Shown in pieces: positions 34,492-42,765 of a stretch of 64,000 nucleotides of DNA; the stretch's first letter is position 1; each line of letters starts with the position of its first letter. The notes beneath the pieces were generated by a model. That model ran no database searches, was not told the DNA's origin, and saw only the letters and a list, made by a program, of their open reading frames with translations. The position numbers and the translations under genes were made by a program. This DNA comes from Candidatus Mcinerneyibacteriota bacterium (GTDB taxonomy: Bacteria; Macinerneyibacteriota; Macinerneyibacteria; Macinerneyibacteriales; DSCS01), in assembly GCA_016937175.1 (NCBI GenBank), contig JAFGWL010000056.1, forward strand, positions 100,437 to 164,436. Direction: 5' to 3'.

Positions 34492-37143
34492 TTACTCTTT
34501 TTCGCCTCTGAGACTGCTCAACACCCTGCTTAAGTCTTCCAATGTAAAGGGTTTAAAGAGCCCGGCGGTAAAACCGTATTTCTGAGGATCGTTGAGAATG
34601 GGATCCTCTGAATAGCCCGTAGAGACGATGACAGGGATACCGGGATGTATTTTCCTGATATCAGCGATGATATCTTTTCCGCTCTTTCCTGCGGGAATAG
34701 TCAGATCGGCAATGACCAGAGTATAGGGAGATCCCGCCTGTGCAGCTGAAGCGATCTTTTTCAGGGCCTGCGCCCCTTCTTTGGCTTCATCGACACTGAA
34801 GCCCAGTCTTCGGAGCATTTCGCCGGTCACTTCCCGGATAGACGGTTCGTCGTCCAGGACCAGAGCCCGCCCTTCTCCACGGAAAAGCTGCCCTTCTCCC
34901 TCTGATAGCGAAGGCTTTACTCCTCCCGAAGCAGGCAGAAAGATCGTAAACAGGCTCCCTTCTCCCAGGGTGGAGCGTACTGTGATAGCACCACCGTGAC
35001 GCTTGACAATAGAATCGCTTGAGGTCAATCCCAACCCGCTTCCCGTCTTCCGGGTAGTAAAGAAGGGGTCAAAGACCTTTTTAAGGTATTGGGCCGGGAT
35101 CCCCTCGCCGTCATCTTCCACTTCCACGATGATATAAGGTCCGGCAGGCAGAGAGGGGGGAGGGGACAGCCCCGTACCCAGATTATACGCCCGGATATAA
35201 AGTCTCCCCTCCTCCTTCATGGATTGAAGGGCATTGTTAAAGAGGTTTATAAAGACCTGGCTCATCTGCCCTTCGTCAAACTCAGCCGACCACAGGGACT
35301 CGTCCAACTCAGCCTTGGCTGAAACCTTAGACCCCGTCAGGGCCATCTCCATGGCCTTTCTGATCACCGGCCGGAGATCTCCTCTCTTTCTGACCGGGCT
35401 TCCTCCTTTGGAAAAGGTAAGGAACCGCCCTGTGAGAGAACGGATACGCTCATAGATCGATCGGGCTTTATCCAGATATTCGATTCCCCTTTCAGAGTCC
35501 TTCTCCAGAAAGTGCTGCCTGGCAATATCGATATACCCGAAGAGCCCGCCCAGAAGGTTATTGAAATCATGAGCGATACGGCCAGCCAGAAGTCCCAGGG
35601 ATTCCAGCCTCTGGGACCGGATAAGATGGTCCTGGGAAGCCCGTTTCTCAGAAATATCCCTGAAGACCACGACAATCCCGGCAGGATCATCCTCTTCCGT
35701 CAAGATGGGAAAAGCCGAGGTCTCTATCAGCGTCTCCCTCCCCTCCTTTCCAATGAGAAGGGATGCCGGATAATATACACTTTTTTCTCCTTGGCTGAGA
35801 ATCAGGGTAGCGGGGTTTTCAAGGGATTCACGTTTTTCTTCATCTACTGTGAAAAAGATATCGTCCAGCGGGAGCCCCTCTGCCTCCTTCGACTCGATCC
35901 CCAGGATCTGTTCGGCAACAGGATTCATCAGAGTCACTTTGCCCCGGGCATCCGTGGCAATGACAGCATCTCCGATACTGTAAAGAGTCACCTCAAAACG
36001 TTTTTTTTCGTTATTGAGCCTTTGAACCATCTCCATCCGTTCGGTGACATCCCGGGCAATGCCCTCGATGGCAGTCAAGCGCCCTTTAGTGTCATAGAGG
36101 GGGACATTGTGCTGCTCAGTCCAGATGACCTTTCCCGCTTTTGTTATCCATCGGAGTCGTATAGGCCGGTTAAAGAAACTCTTCTCTTTCCATCCCTCTT
36201 CCAAAAGAGGACGGTCTTCAGGATGGACAAGTTTTACACCGAGGTCCGGGTCATCATAATGCTCCCGGGGTGTATATCCCGTCACTCTTTCTACAGCCTT
36301 GTTGATAAAAGTAAATCTTTTTTCGGGGAAGAGTTCTATCCTGTAGATGATATCATCGGCATTTTCCGCCAGGCGCCTGTAGCGCTCCTCACTCTCTTCC
36401 AGGGACTTCTCCCATTTATACTTTTCAGTGATGTCCATGACGATCCCGAGATAGTAAGAGGAGCCTTCCCGCTTTAAATATTGCAGATGGACTTCCGCCG
36501 GATAATTGGAACCGTCCTTTCTGTAATGGTCTGTCAGAAAGAGTATTTTCTTCTCGGTGTCCTTTCTCAAATCTTTGAAATGGTTTTCAAGGACTCTTCT
36601 CTGCCGGGGGCTGTTGATCTCATAAGGGGTCATGGAAGTGAGCTCTTCCTCGCTGTATCCCAGGTTTTTCTGGGCTCCGGCGCTTACAAAGGTAAAGAGG
36701 AGAGAGTCGGCATCTACGATATAGATCTCATTGAGGCTGTTATTCATCACATCGCGGAACCGCTCCAGTTCCTGTTTGGAACTGATATGCCAGGTGATAT
36801 CCCGGGCCGCTGCATAGATAAGCCCTTGTTTGGGAAAAGAGCGCCATTCCAGCCACCGGAAAGTCCCGTCACGGCAGCGGTATCGGTTGACAAAGGAGAG
36901 GACCTCTTGTCCTCCGGCCAGGCTTTTCAAAGCCTCCTCTGTCTTTTCAAGGTCCTCTTCGTGGACGAATTCCATAAAAGGACGGCCCAAAAGATCTTTG
37001 AGCGGATATCCTAATGTCCTCTCCCACTCTTTGTTCAAAAGGACAAAGTGTCCCGTGTCATCGGCGATACAAAGTAGCTCGAGAGCCATAGAAAAAAATT
37101 GTTCATATGAAAAAGAGCGGTTCTCCTTTTCTTTTGCATCCAT
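34492..37143 (-). CDS. Hybrid sensor histidine kinase: multiple PAS, HisKA, HATPase_c and a receiver
   Basis: Four PAS-like repeats, H-box RIAHDFNNLL, N-box INLFNNALQS, G1 VEDDGEGI, G2 GSGLGLTSS. The C-terminal receiver shows ALVLDDE, IADLTIP and KPF. Confidence 0.9.
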   Translation of the reverse strand: MDAKEKENRSFSYEQFFSMALELLCIADDTGHFVLLNKEWERTLGYPLKDLLGRPFMEFVHEEDLEKTEEALKSLAGGQEVLSFVNRYRCRDGTFRWLEWRSFPKQGLIYAAARDITWHISSKQELERFRDVMNNSLNEIYIVDADSLLFTFVSAGAQKNLGYSEEELTSMTPYEINSPRQRRVLENHFKDLRKDTEKKILFLTDHYRKDGSNYPAEVHLQYLKREGSSYYLGIVMDITEKYKWEKSLEESEERYRRLAENADDIIYRIELFPEKRFTFINKAVERVTGYTPREHYDDPDLGVKLVHPEDRPLLEEGWKEKSFFNRPIRLRWITKAGKVIWTEQHNVPLYDTKGRLTAIEGIARDVTERMEMVQRLNNEKKRFEVTLYSIGDAVIATDARGKVTLMNPVAEQILGIESKEAEGLPLDDIFFTVDEEKRESLENPATLILSQGEKSVYYPASLLIGKEGRETLIETSAFPILTEEDDPAGIVVVFRDISEKRASQDHLIRSQRLESLGLLAGRIAHDFNNLLGGLFGYIDIARQHFLEKDSERGIEYLDKARSIYERIRSLTGRFLTFSKGGSPVRKRGDLRPVIRKAMEMALTGSKVSAKAELDESLWSAEFDEGQMSQVFINLFNNALQSMKEEGRLYIRAYNLGTGLSPPPSLPAGPYIIVEVEDDGEGIPAQYLKKVFDPFFTTRKTGSGLGLTSSDSIVKRHGGAITVRSTLGEGSLFTIFLPASGGVKPSLSEGEGQLFRGEGRALVLDDEPSIREVTGEMLRRLGFSVDEAKEGAQALKKIASAAQAGSPYTLVIADLTIPAGKSGKDIIADIRKIHPGIPVIVSTGYSEDPILNDPQKYGFTAGLFKPFTLEDLSRVLSSLRGEKE

Positions 37144-37149
37144 ATTATC

Positions 37150-37178
37150 AATATATCAAAAAAATGAAAGGGGGACAA
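37150..37178 (-). promoter_or_regulatory. Promoter TTGTCC-N17-TGaTATATT placed for a leaderless hybrid-kinase transcript
   Basis: On the minus strand: -35 at 37178-37173 and extended -10 TGaTATATT ending at 37150. Six nt (GATAAT) follow, then ATG at 37143. No SD is present. Confidence 0.4.
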
Positions 37179-37295
37179 GATTAAATCAAACGAAGAAATC
37201 CCCTGTCTCATCGACAAGGATCTTAAAGAGATGCAGGTAGTCTCTTTCCGCTTCTTCCCCGGGGCGATAAAAAGTGACATCTCCTTCTTTTTTTG

Positions 37296-37323
37296 TTGAC
37301 ATTTGTCCAGTCTGTGATATTCA
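37296..37323 (+). promoter_or_regulatory. Promoter TTGACA-N16-TGaTATTCA upstream of the decarboxylase gene
   Basis: -35 at 37296-37301 and -10 at 37318-37323, preceded by TG. A leader of about 50 nt carries the SD GGAGG. Confidence 0.4.
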
Positions 37324-37375
37324 TACCGAGTTATGCTGTTGATTTGTCCCCGTCCCAAGGAAATGGAGGTATGGC

Positions 37376-38560
37376 ATGAAAAGAGAACCCTATTCTTTCC
37401 CGTTATCCGATTATATCGCCCGGGATAAATTCGAACTGATCAAAAAGATGGCCCAGGAGAAGAAGACACCTTTTCTCGTCATCGACCTGGATATCATTAA
37501 ACAAAAATTCTTAGAACTCAAAAACCACCTTCCCTTTGCAAAGATCCATTATGCCGTCAAAGCCAATCCTCATGATGAAGTTTTGAAATTGCTCTACAGT
37601 CTGGGTTCTAATTTTGATGTAGCATCTGTGTACGAACTGGATCAGCTCCTCCGCCTGGGCGTCACCCCTGACCGGATGCTTTACGGCAACACCATAAAAA
37701 AGAAGGAGAATATTCAATACTTCTACGAAAAAGGCGTTCGCCTTTTTGCCACAGACTGTGAAACCGATCTTAAAAACATCGCTCGATACGCTCCGGGTTC
37801 ACGGGTCTTCTTCAGGCTCCTCACCGACGGACAGGGCGCAGACTGGCCTCTCTCACGAAAATTCGGGACCCATCCTGATATCGTCTTTGACCTGCTCAAA
37901 CTGGCCAAAAAACTGGATGTGACTCCCTACGGGATCTCTTTTCATGTGGGTTCCCAGCAACGAGACATCGGCCAGTGGGACAATGCCATCAGCCAGTGCT
38001 ACTATCTCTTTTCCTCTGCCAGGGAGATCGGGATCGAGCTCAAGATGATCAATCTCGGAGGCGGTTTCCCGGCCCATTACAACGAGCCTACAGCGGAGAC
38101 AAATATCTACGCTTCCGAAATCGAGCGATTCCTGAGGGAAGATTTCGGGGACAATATGCCTGAGATCATCGTAGAGCCGGGCCGTTCTCTTGCAGGAGAC
38201 GCCGGTGTCATCGTAGCCGAGATCATTATGACCGAAAAAAAGGCAAAACATAACCCCTACAAATGGATGTTTCTGGATATCGGGATGTTCGGCGGCATGA
38301 TCGAGACTCTGAACGAGTCCATCAAGTATCCCATCTACATCGAAAAAGAGGGCCTGGAAGAGGAGTATATTATTGCAGGGCCTACCTGTGACAGTATGGA
38401 TATCCTTTATGAGGATTATAAATACCGATTCCCCGAGACCACTGTCCCGGGGGACAAGGTCTATATCTTCTCGACAGGGGCTTATACCCAAAGCTACAGC
38501 GCGGTCTATTTCAACGGGTTCCCACCGCTGGATGCCGTCGTCATCGGGGATGATAATTAA
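37376..38560 (+). CDS. Type III (alanine-racemase fold) PLP-dependent ornithine/lysine decarboxylase
   Basis: PLP lysine in HYAVKANP, NLGGGFP, VEPGRSL and GPTCDSMD, the Orn/DAP/Arg decarboxylase family 2 signatures. The size (394 aa) fits ODC/LDC. Confidence 0.88.
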   Translation: MKREPYSFPLSDYIARDKFELIKKMAQEKKTPFLVIDLDIIKQKFLELKNHLPFAKIHYAVKANPHDEVLKLLYSLGSNFDVASVYELDQLLRLGVTPDRMLYGNTIKKKENIQYFYEKGVRLFATDCETDLKNIARYAPGSRVFFRLLTDGQGADWPLSRKFGTHPDIVFDLLKLAKKLDVTPYGISFHVGSQQRDIGQWDNAISQCYYLFSSAREIGIELKMINLGGGFPAHYNEPTAETNIYASEIERFLREDFGDNMPEIIVEPGRSLAGDAGVIVAEIIMTEKKAKHNPYKWMFLDIGMFGGMIETLNESIKYPIYIEKEGLEEEYIIAGPTCDSMDILYEDYKYRFPETTVPGDKVYIFSTGAYTQSYSAVYFNGFPPLDAVVIGDDN

Positions 38561-38576
38561 ATAATTAAACTCATTC

Positions 38577-38630
38577 GCGGAAGAAGAGGTTTTTTTAAAG
38601 TAAATCCCTTCTTCCGCCTTTTTCTTTTCG
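38577..38630 (+). terminator. Rho-independent terminator after the decarboxylase gene
   Basis: GCGGAAGAAG...CTTCTTCCGC stem followed by CTTTTTCTTTT. Confidence 0.75.
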
Positions 38631-38639
38631 GTTTTCTGG

Positions 38640-38668
38640 TGGACAACCCCCGAGATATCTTCTATATT
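38640..38668 (+). promoter_or_regulatory. Promoter candidate TGGACA-N17-TATATT for the HEAT-repeat gene
   Basis: -35 at 38640-38645 and -10 at 38663-38668. The SD AAGGAGG lies before ATG 38712. Confidence 0.35.
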
Positions 38669-38711
38669 AAAGACAGAGACTTCGTGACATTTTCAAAGGA
38701 GGATTTACGCC

Positions 38712-40763
38712 ATGGCATTTCGTTCCATTTCTATCCTGTTTATCGCCCTTCTCCTGCTTTCGGCCTATGCGCCGCCCGAGACACCCCTTGCCTCTCTCCC
38801 TGCAGGGACCCCGGCGAGTGTCAAGACAGCCGTGACAAACCTCTTTTCCCAGGATCCGGATATCCTGGCCGAAGCTCTCATCGCCCTTCAGGATGCTGGG
38901 CCTAAAGCCCTCAACGCTGTCCCCTATCTGGCTGATATCCTTGATGATACCACAAACCTGACTGTCCAGGGCCTCCAGAGTGTTTCACAGGAAGCAGCAG
39001 CGGCAATCACTGCCGTGGGACCGGCAGCGGAAAAGAGTGTCATTCCTCTTCTCTCCTCTCCCAAACCTCTGGTCAGGGGACAGGCAGCCTTTATCCTGGG
39101 CCGATGGAGAAGTGCAGCAGCTATAGACAGACTTAACAACATGGCCACGACAGAAAGTAACACCGAAGCCCGCGTAAAGGTCATCTCCGCGCTTGGAGAG
39201 ATCAAAAACCGCTCCAGCATCATCCCCCTTCTCTCCCTCCTTGCAGCTGAGAATGAGTCTGTCGAAAGGGCTGTCGTCCAGGCCCTGGCCTCCATCGGTT
39301 ATCCCGCGATCAAACCCCTTTCCTATAACCTGGCCTCACCCGAACCTTTGAAACGGGCTAATGCCGCCCGGGCCTTGGGGCTGATCGGAGACACGCTCTG
39401 CCTTAACGACCTCAAATCCCTGGTCAACGACCAGGACACCCGTGTCCGTGTCGCCGTCGCTGAAGCTTTGGGTTCCATCAACCTCAATGATGCCATAGAT
39501 ATCCTCATCGGCCTTCTGAACGCCCCCGAACCCCAGGTGAGCCGACAGGCTGTCCTTTCATTGGGGAGATACCCTGACAACCGGATCATTAATTCCCTCG
39601 TAGAGGGCCTGGCCACCTTCGATGACGCTACAGCTGCAGAAGCAGGCACCCTGATTAAAAAAATGGATCTCTCCGTTTCGCGGCCTGTAATCCTCCGGGG
39701 ACTCTCTTCTCAGAATCCCCGCCTCATAGGCCATCTTCTCGACTACATCGAAGAAAAAAAATGGGAAGGATTTTCTCAAGCCATCATCCCTATCATCTCT
39801 TCGGGACTACCCACAGAGATAAAACTGAAAGCCATGGAGACTCTCATTGCCCTGAAAGCCAAAGAAGCTCTCGCAGTCATGGAGACAACGGTAACATCCT
39901 CAGATAAACGCCTTTCCACCAGAGCCCTTTCAGCTCTTTTAAACTACAATGAAGTCAGCCGCGATACGGCGGACCTGGTGGCCGCACGTCTCGGGGATCC
40001 CGATAAGGAGATCCGGCTCATGGTGGCCGAAGCCCTCCCCGCCACCGATTCCTATCGACTGACTCCCGTCATTACAGATGCTCTGATTCAAAACCCCTAT
40101 AGCGAAGTCAAAGTCTATTGCCTTAAGGCCCTGGGAAAACTGAAATATGCTAAAGCACTACCGCAGATCACCCCTCTGATAAACGATCCCGACGAAAGTG
40201 TCCGTATAGCTGCAGCTGAAGCTTTGGTCATTATCGGCGATTCTTCTACAGCAGATCTGTTCCGTACCTATATCACAGATAAAAATCCCAAGATCAGAGG
40301 CCTCTGTGCCCGAGGACTGGCTGTGATCAATGACTCGTCGAGCAGCGCTCTTCTTATCAATGCACTCTCTGACAAAGCGGCTTCTGTCAGGACACAGGCC
40401 ATATCAGCTTTGGGCCGCCTGAAGATCAAAGAGGCCCTCAATCCGATTATTCAGATCTTTTATGACGATCCTGATTTGGAACCCCGGGTCGCCGCTGTAG
40501 AAGCTATCAGTCTTATCGATACGACCTTTACTTCGACCTTCATCCTCGACGGGATGAAGAGCAAAAATATCGTTTTGAAAAAGGCTGCCCTTTCTGCTGC
40601 TGCACGCTACTCAAAGAACAAGGACGTCATGACAGCCCTGGTATCTCTTTTGGATGACAAAGACACTGGCATTAGAACCCTCGCCCTGGAAAGCCTGCAA
40701 AATGCCTCAGGGAAAAAATACAAGACCCCGGAAGACTGGTCCAAATGGGCCTCTTCACTCTGA
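38712..40763 (+). CDS. Secreted HEAT-repeat (PBS-lyase-type) protein
   Basis: Signal peptide MAFRSISILFIALLLLSAYA, then more than 12 repeats of the form D..VR..A..ALG.IG...A...L..LL.D. Confidence 0.85.
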   Translation: MAFRSISILFIALLLLSAYAPPETPLASLPAGTPASVKTAVTNLFSQDPDILAEALIALQDAGPKALNAVPYLADILDDTTNLTVQGLQSVSQEAAAAITAVGPAAEKSVIPLLSSPKPLVRGQAAFILGRWRSAAAIDRLNNMATTESNTEARVKVISALGEIKNRSSIIPLLSLLAAENESVERAVVQALASIGYPAIKPLSYNLASPEPLKRANAARALGLIGDTLCLNDLKSLVNDQDTRVRVAVAEALGSINLNDAIDILIGLLNAPEPQVSRQAVLSLGRYPDNRIINSLVEGLATFDDATAAEAGTLIKKMDLSVSRPVILRGLSSQNPRLIGHLLDYIEEKKWEGFSQAIIPIISSGLPTEIKLKAMETLIALKAKEALAVMETTVTSSDKRLSTRALSALLNYNEVSRDTADLVAARLGDPDKEIRLMVAEALPATDSYRLTPVITDALIQNPYSEVKVYCLKALGKLKYAKALPQITPLINDPDESVRIAAAEALVIIGDSSTADLFRTYITDKNPKIRGLCARGLAVINDSSSSALLINALSDKAASVRTQAISALGRLKIKEALNPIIQIFYDDPDLEPRVAAVEAISLIDTTFTSTFILDGMKSKNIVLKKAALSAAARYSKNKDVMTALVSLLDDKDTGIRTLALESLQNASGKKYKTPEDWSKWASSL

Positions 40764-40791
40764 AAAAGACTTCATCACCCTAATCCCCGAA

Positions 40792-40818
40792 AAGCCTCCT
40801 TCGGGAGGCTTTTTTTTC
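40792..40818 (+). terminator. Rho-independent terminator after the HEAT-repeat gene
   Basis: AGCCTCC-ttcg-GGAGGCT followed by T8. Confidence 0.85.
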
Positions 40819-40827
40819 CTTTTCCCG

Positions 40828-40855
40828 TTGACAAGAGGAATAAAAGTCCTATCAT
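40828..40855 (+). promoter_or_regulatory. Promoter candidate TTGACA-N16-TATCAT for hydG
   Basis: -35 at 40828-40833 and -10 at 40850-40855. The SD AAGGAGGG lies before ATG 40902. Confidence 0.4.
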
Positions 40856-40901
40856 TTATTTGGAAGCAACTTACTTACAATTCAAAACAAGGAGGGCCCT
40901 C

Positions 40902-42401
40902 ATGGGAAAAATGAGTGTCAAAGATTGGGCAGATAATGTCGTCAAGGAAGAGGAGATCGACCGCTATTTAGAAAACGGAAAAGATTTTATCGACCATGAC
41001 GCTATAGAACGTCATCTGGACAATAACAAGAAACCGGATAAGATCAAGGTCCGTGATATCATACAGAAATCCCTCTCCATCGAACGTCTGGATCCCGATG
41101 AGACCGCCGCCCTCCTCCATGTCGAAGACCCGGAACTCTGGCAGGAGATGGCTGCCGCCGGCCTGGAAGTCAAAAGAAAGGTCTATGACAATCGCATCGT
41201 CATCTTCGCCCCTCTCTATTGCAGCAACCTCTGTGTTAACAACTGCCTCTATTGCGGGTTCCGTAAAGACAATACCCATGAGATCCGCAGGGTCCTCACT
41301 CCGGACGAGGTCCGTATGGAAGCTGAAAGCCTGGTCAAGATGGGCCATAAACGTCTTATCGTCGTCTACGGGGAGCACCCCTCTTCTGATGCCGACTATA
41401 TGGCCGAAACCATCAAGGCGATCTATGAAGTCCGGGAAAAGACAAGAAAGGGAACAGGGACCATCCGCCGGGTAAATATAAATGCCGCTCCTCTTTCGGT
41501 AGACGATTTCAAAAAACTCTGGAAAGCCGGAATCGGTACCTATCAGGTCTTCCAGGAGACTTATCACCGCCCGACTTATAAGAAAATGCATCCGGTAGGC
41601 CCGAAATCGGATTACCGGTGGCGCCTCTATACCCATCATCGGGCCATGGAAGCCGGCATAGACGATGTGGCCATCGGAGCTCTCTTCGGCCTTTATCATT
41701 GGCGTTATGATGTCATGGGCCTTCTCTATCATGCCATGGAGCTGGAAAAGAGGTTCGACGGGATCGGGCCCCACACCGTCTCATTTCCCCGTCTCATGCC
41801 TGCCGACAACGCCCCCTACTCAGAGCATACAGACCATCTTGTCTCTGACGAAGAGTTTAAAAAACTGGTCACGGTCCTCCGCCTGGCGATTCCCTATACA
41901 GGCATGATCGTCACAGCCAGGGAGAAGCCCGATCTGCGTAAAGAAGTAATCAAGCTGGGATGCACCCAGACAGACGCCTCCACCCGTATCGGATTGGGAG
42001 CCTATTCTGAACAGTATGACAGGCAGGACAAAGAGCGCCAGCAGTTTGTCCTGGGCGATACCCGTGAACTGGATGATGTAGTGAGAGAGTTGGCTCAGAT
42101 GGGGATGATCTCCTCCTTCTGTACTGCGGGCTATCGCTGCGGACGGACAGGAGATAAGATCATGGGCCTTTTGAAATGCGGGACTGAAGGTAAATTCTGC
42201 AAACTGAATGCTGTCTTAACCTTCCGGGAATGGCTGGATGATTTTTCTTCTCCGGAGACCCAGAAAATCGGCGAAGAACTGATCCGCAAAGAGATCGGAG
42301 AGATCCGAAAGGATGCCTTCTTCCGGAACAATCCGCTTCTGAAGGAATTCGAAGATTATTATCAGCGTGTATCGGAGGGGGAACGTGACCTCTTTTTATA
42401 A
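40902..42401 (+). CDS. hydG: [FeFe]-hydrogenase H-cluster radical SAM maturase HydG
   Basis: ThiH-like radical SAM CVNNCLYCGF plus the HydG-specific C-terminal Cys-containing extension (SFCTAGYRCGRTG...KFCKLNA). ATG 40902 behind AAGGAGGG is preferred over TTG 40860. Confidence 0.92.
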   Translation: MGKMSVKDWADNVVKEEEIDRYLENGKDFIDHDAIERHLDNNKKPDKIKVRDIIQKSLSIERLDPDETAALLHVEDPELWQEMAAAGLEVKRKVYDNRIVIFAPLYCSNLCVNNCLYCGFRKDNTHEIRRVLTPDEVRMEAESLVKMGHKRLIVVYGEHPSSDADYMAETIKAIYEVREKTRKGTGTIRRVNINAAPLSVDDFKKLWKAGIGTYQVFQETYHRPTYKKMHPVGPKSDYRWRLYTHHRAMEAGIDDVAIGALFGLYHWRYDVMGLLYHAMELEKRFDGIGPHTVSFPRLMPADNAPYSEHTDHLVSDEEFKKLVTVLRLAIPYTGMIVTAREKPDLRKEVIKLGCTQTDASTRIGLGAYSEQYDRQDKERQQFVLGDTRELDDVVRELAQMGMISSFCTAGYRCGRTGDKIMGLLKCGTEGKFCKLNAVLTFREWLDDFSSPETQKIGEELIRKEIGEIRKDAFFRNNPLLKEFEDYYQRVSEGERDLFL

Positions 42402-42696
42402 AAAACTGGAAGGCCTGTCTCATGGATCAGGAAATGAGACAGATTATGCCGAAAAGGTTGCCGAGCTCCTCTCTGACAAGTTCGGAGTCTCGGTGACCCT
42501 TTGCGAGATCTTCTCAAAACGCTGGTCATTTCTTGGAGGTGCCGGCCTGTCTCATGCCGGAGCAGCCCGCCGAGAGGTCTTTGACGCAGGCTCCCGCTGT
42601 TACGGCCTTCTGCTTTACCCCGATCCGGGGAACTCTTTCCCCTGGGTCCGGCTCAAGCCCCTTCTTATTAAGGGTTTTTCCTCGTTTCTTGCCTGA
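42385..42696 (+). CDS. Hypothetical protein of about 103 aa, translationally coupled to hydG
   Basis: It is the longest ORF in the otherwise empty 42402-42712 gap. GTG 42385 lies behind GGAGGGGG and overlaps the last 17 nt of hydG. A bidirectional terminator follows. No recognisable family. Confidence 0.4.
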   Translation: MTSFYKKLEGLSHGSGNETDYAEKVAELLSDKFGVSVTLCEIFSKRWSFLGGAGLSHAGAARREVFDAGSRCYGLLLYPDPGNSFPWVRLKPLLIKGFSSFLA

Positions 42697-42712
42697 ATTC
42701 TTCGAACGTGTC

Positions 42713-42750
42713 AAAAAAAAGGGCGGCCCGTAAACCGCCCTTTTCTTTTT
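42713..42750. terminator. Bidirectional rho-independent terminator between the hydG unit and hydA
   Basis: A8-GGGCGG-cccgtaaa-CCGCCC-TTTTCTTTTT. There are A and T tracts on both sides, between convergent genes. Confidence 0.8.
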
Positions 42751-42765
42751 ATCTTATTGTTCTGC

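Noticed and set aside
35512-36477. Other long antisense ORFs. Examples: 35512-36477 and 36481-37014 (opposite the hybrid kinase), 46446-47363 (opposite hydB), 40968-41774 (opposite hydG), 6400-7140 (opposite mraY), 7812-8420 (opposite murF), 16183-16866 and 17429-18115, 37853-38491, 58355-58948, 61569-62189.
   Set aside because: The same codon-aligned antisense effect explains them (checked for 35512 against 34492-37143). Each lies opposite a gene with unambiguous family motifs, and none shows an SD or recognisable domains.
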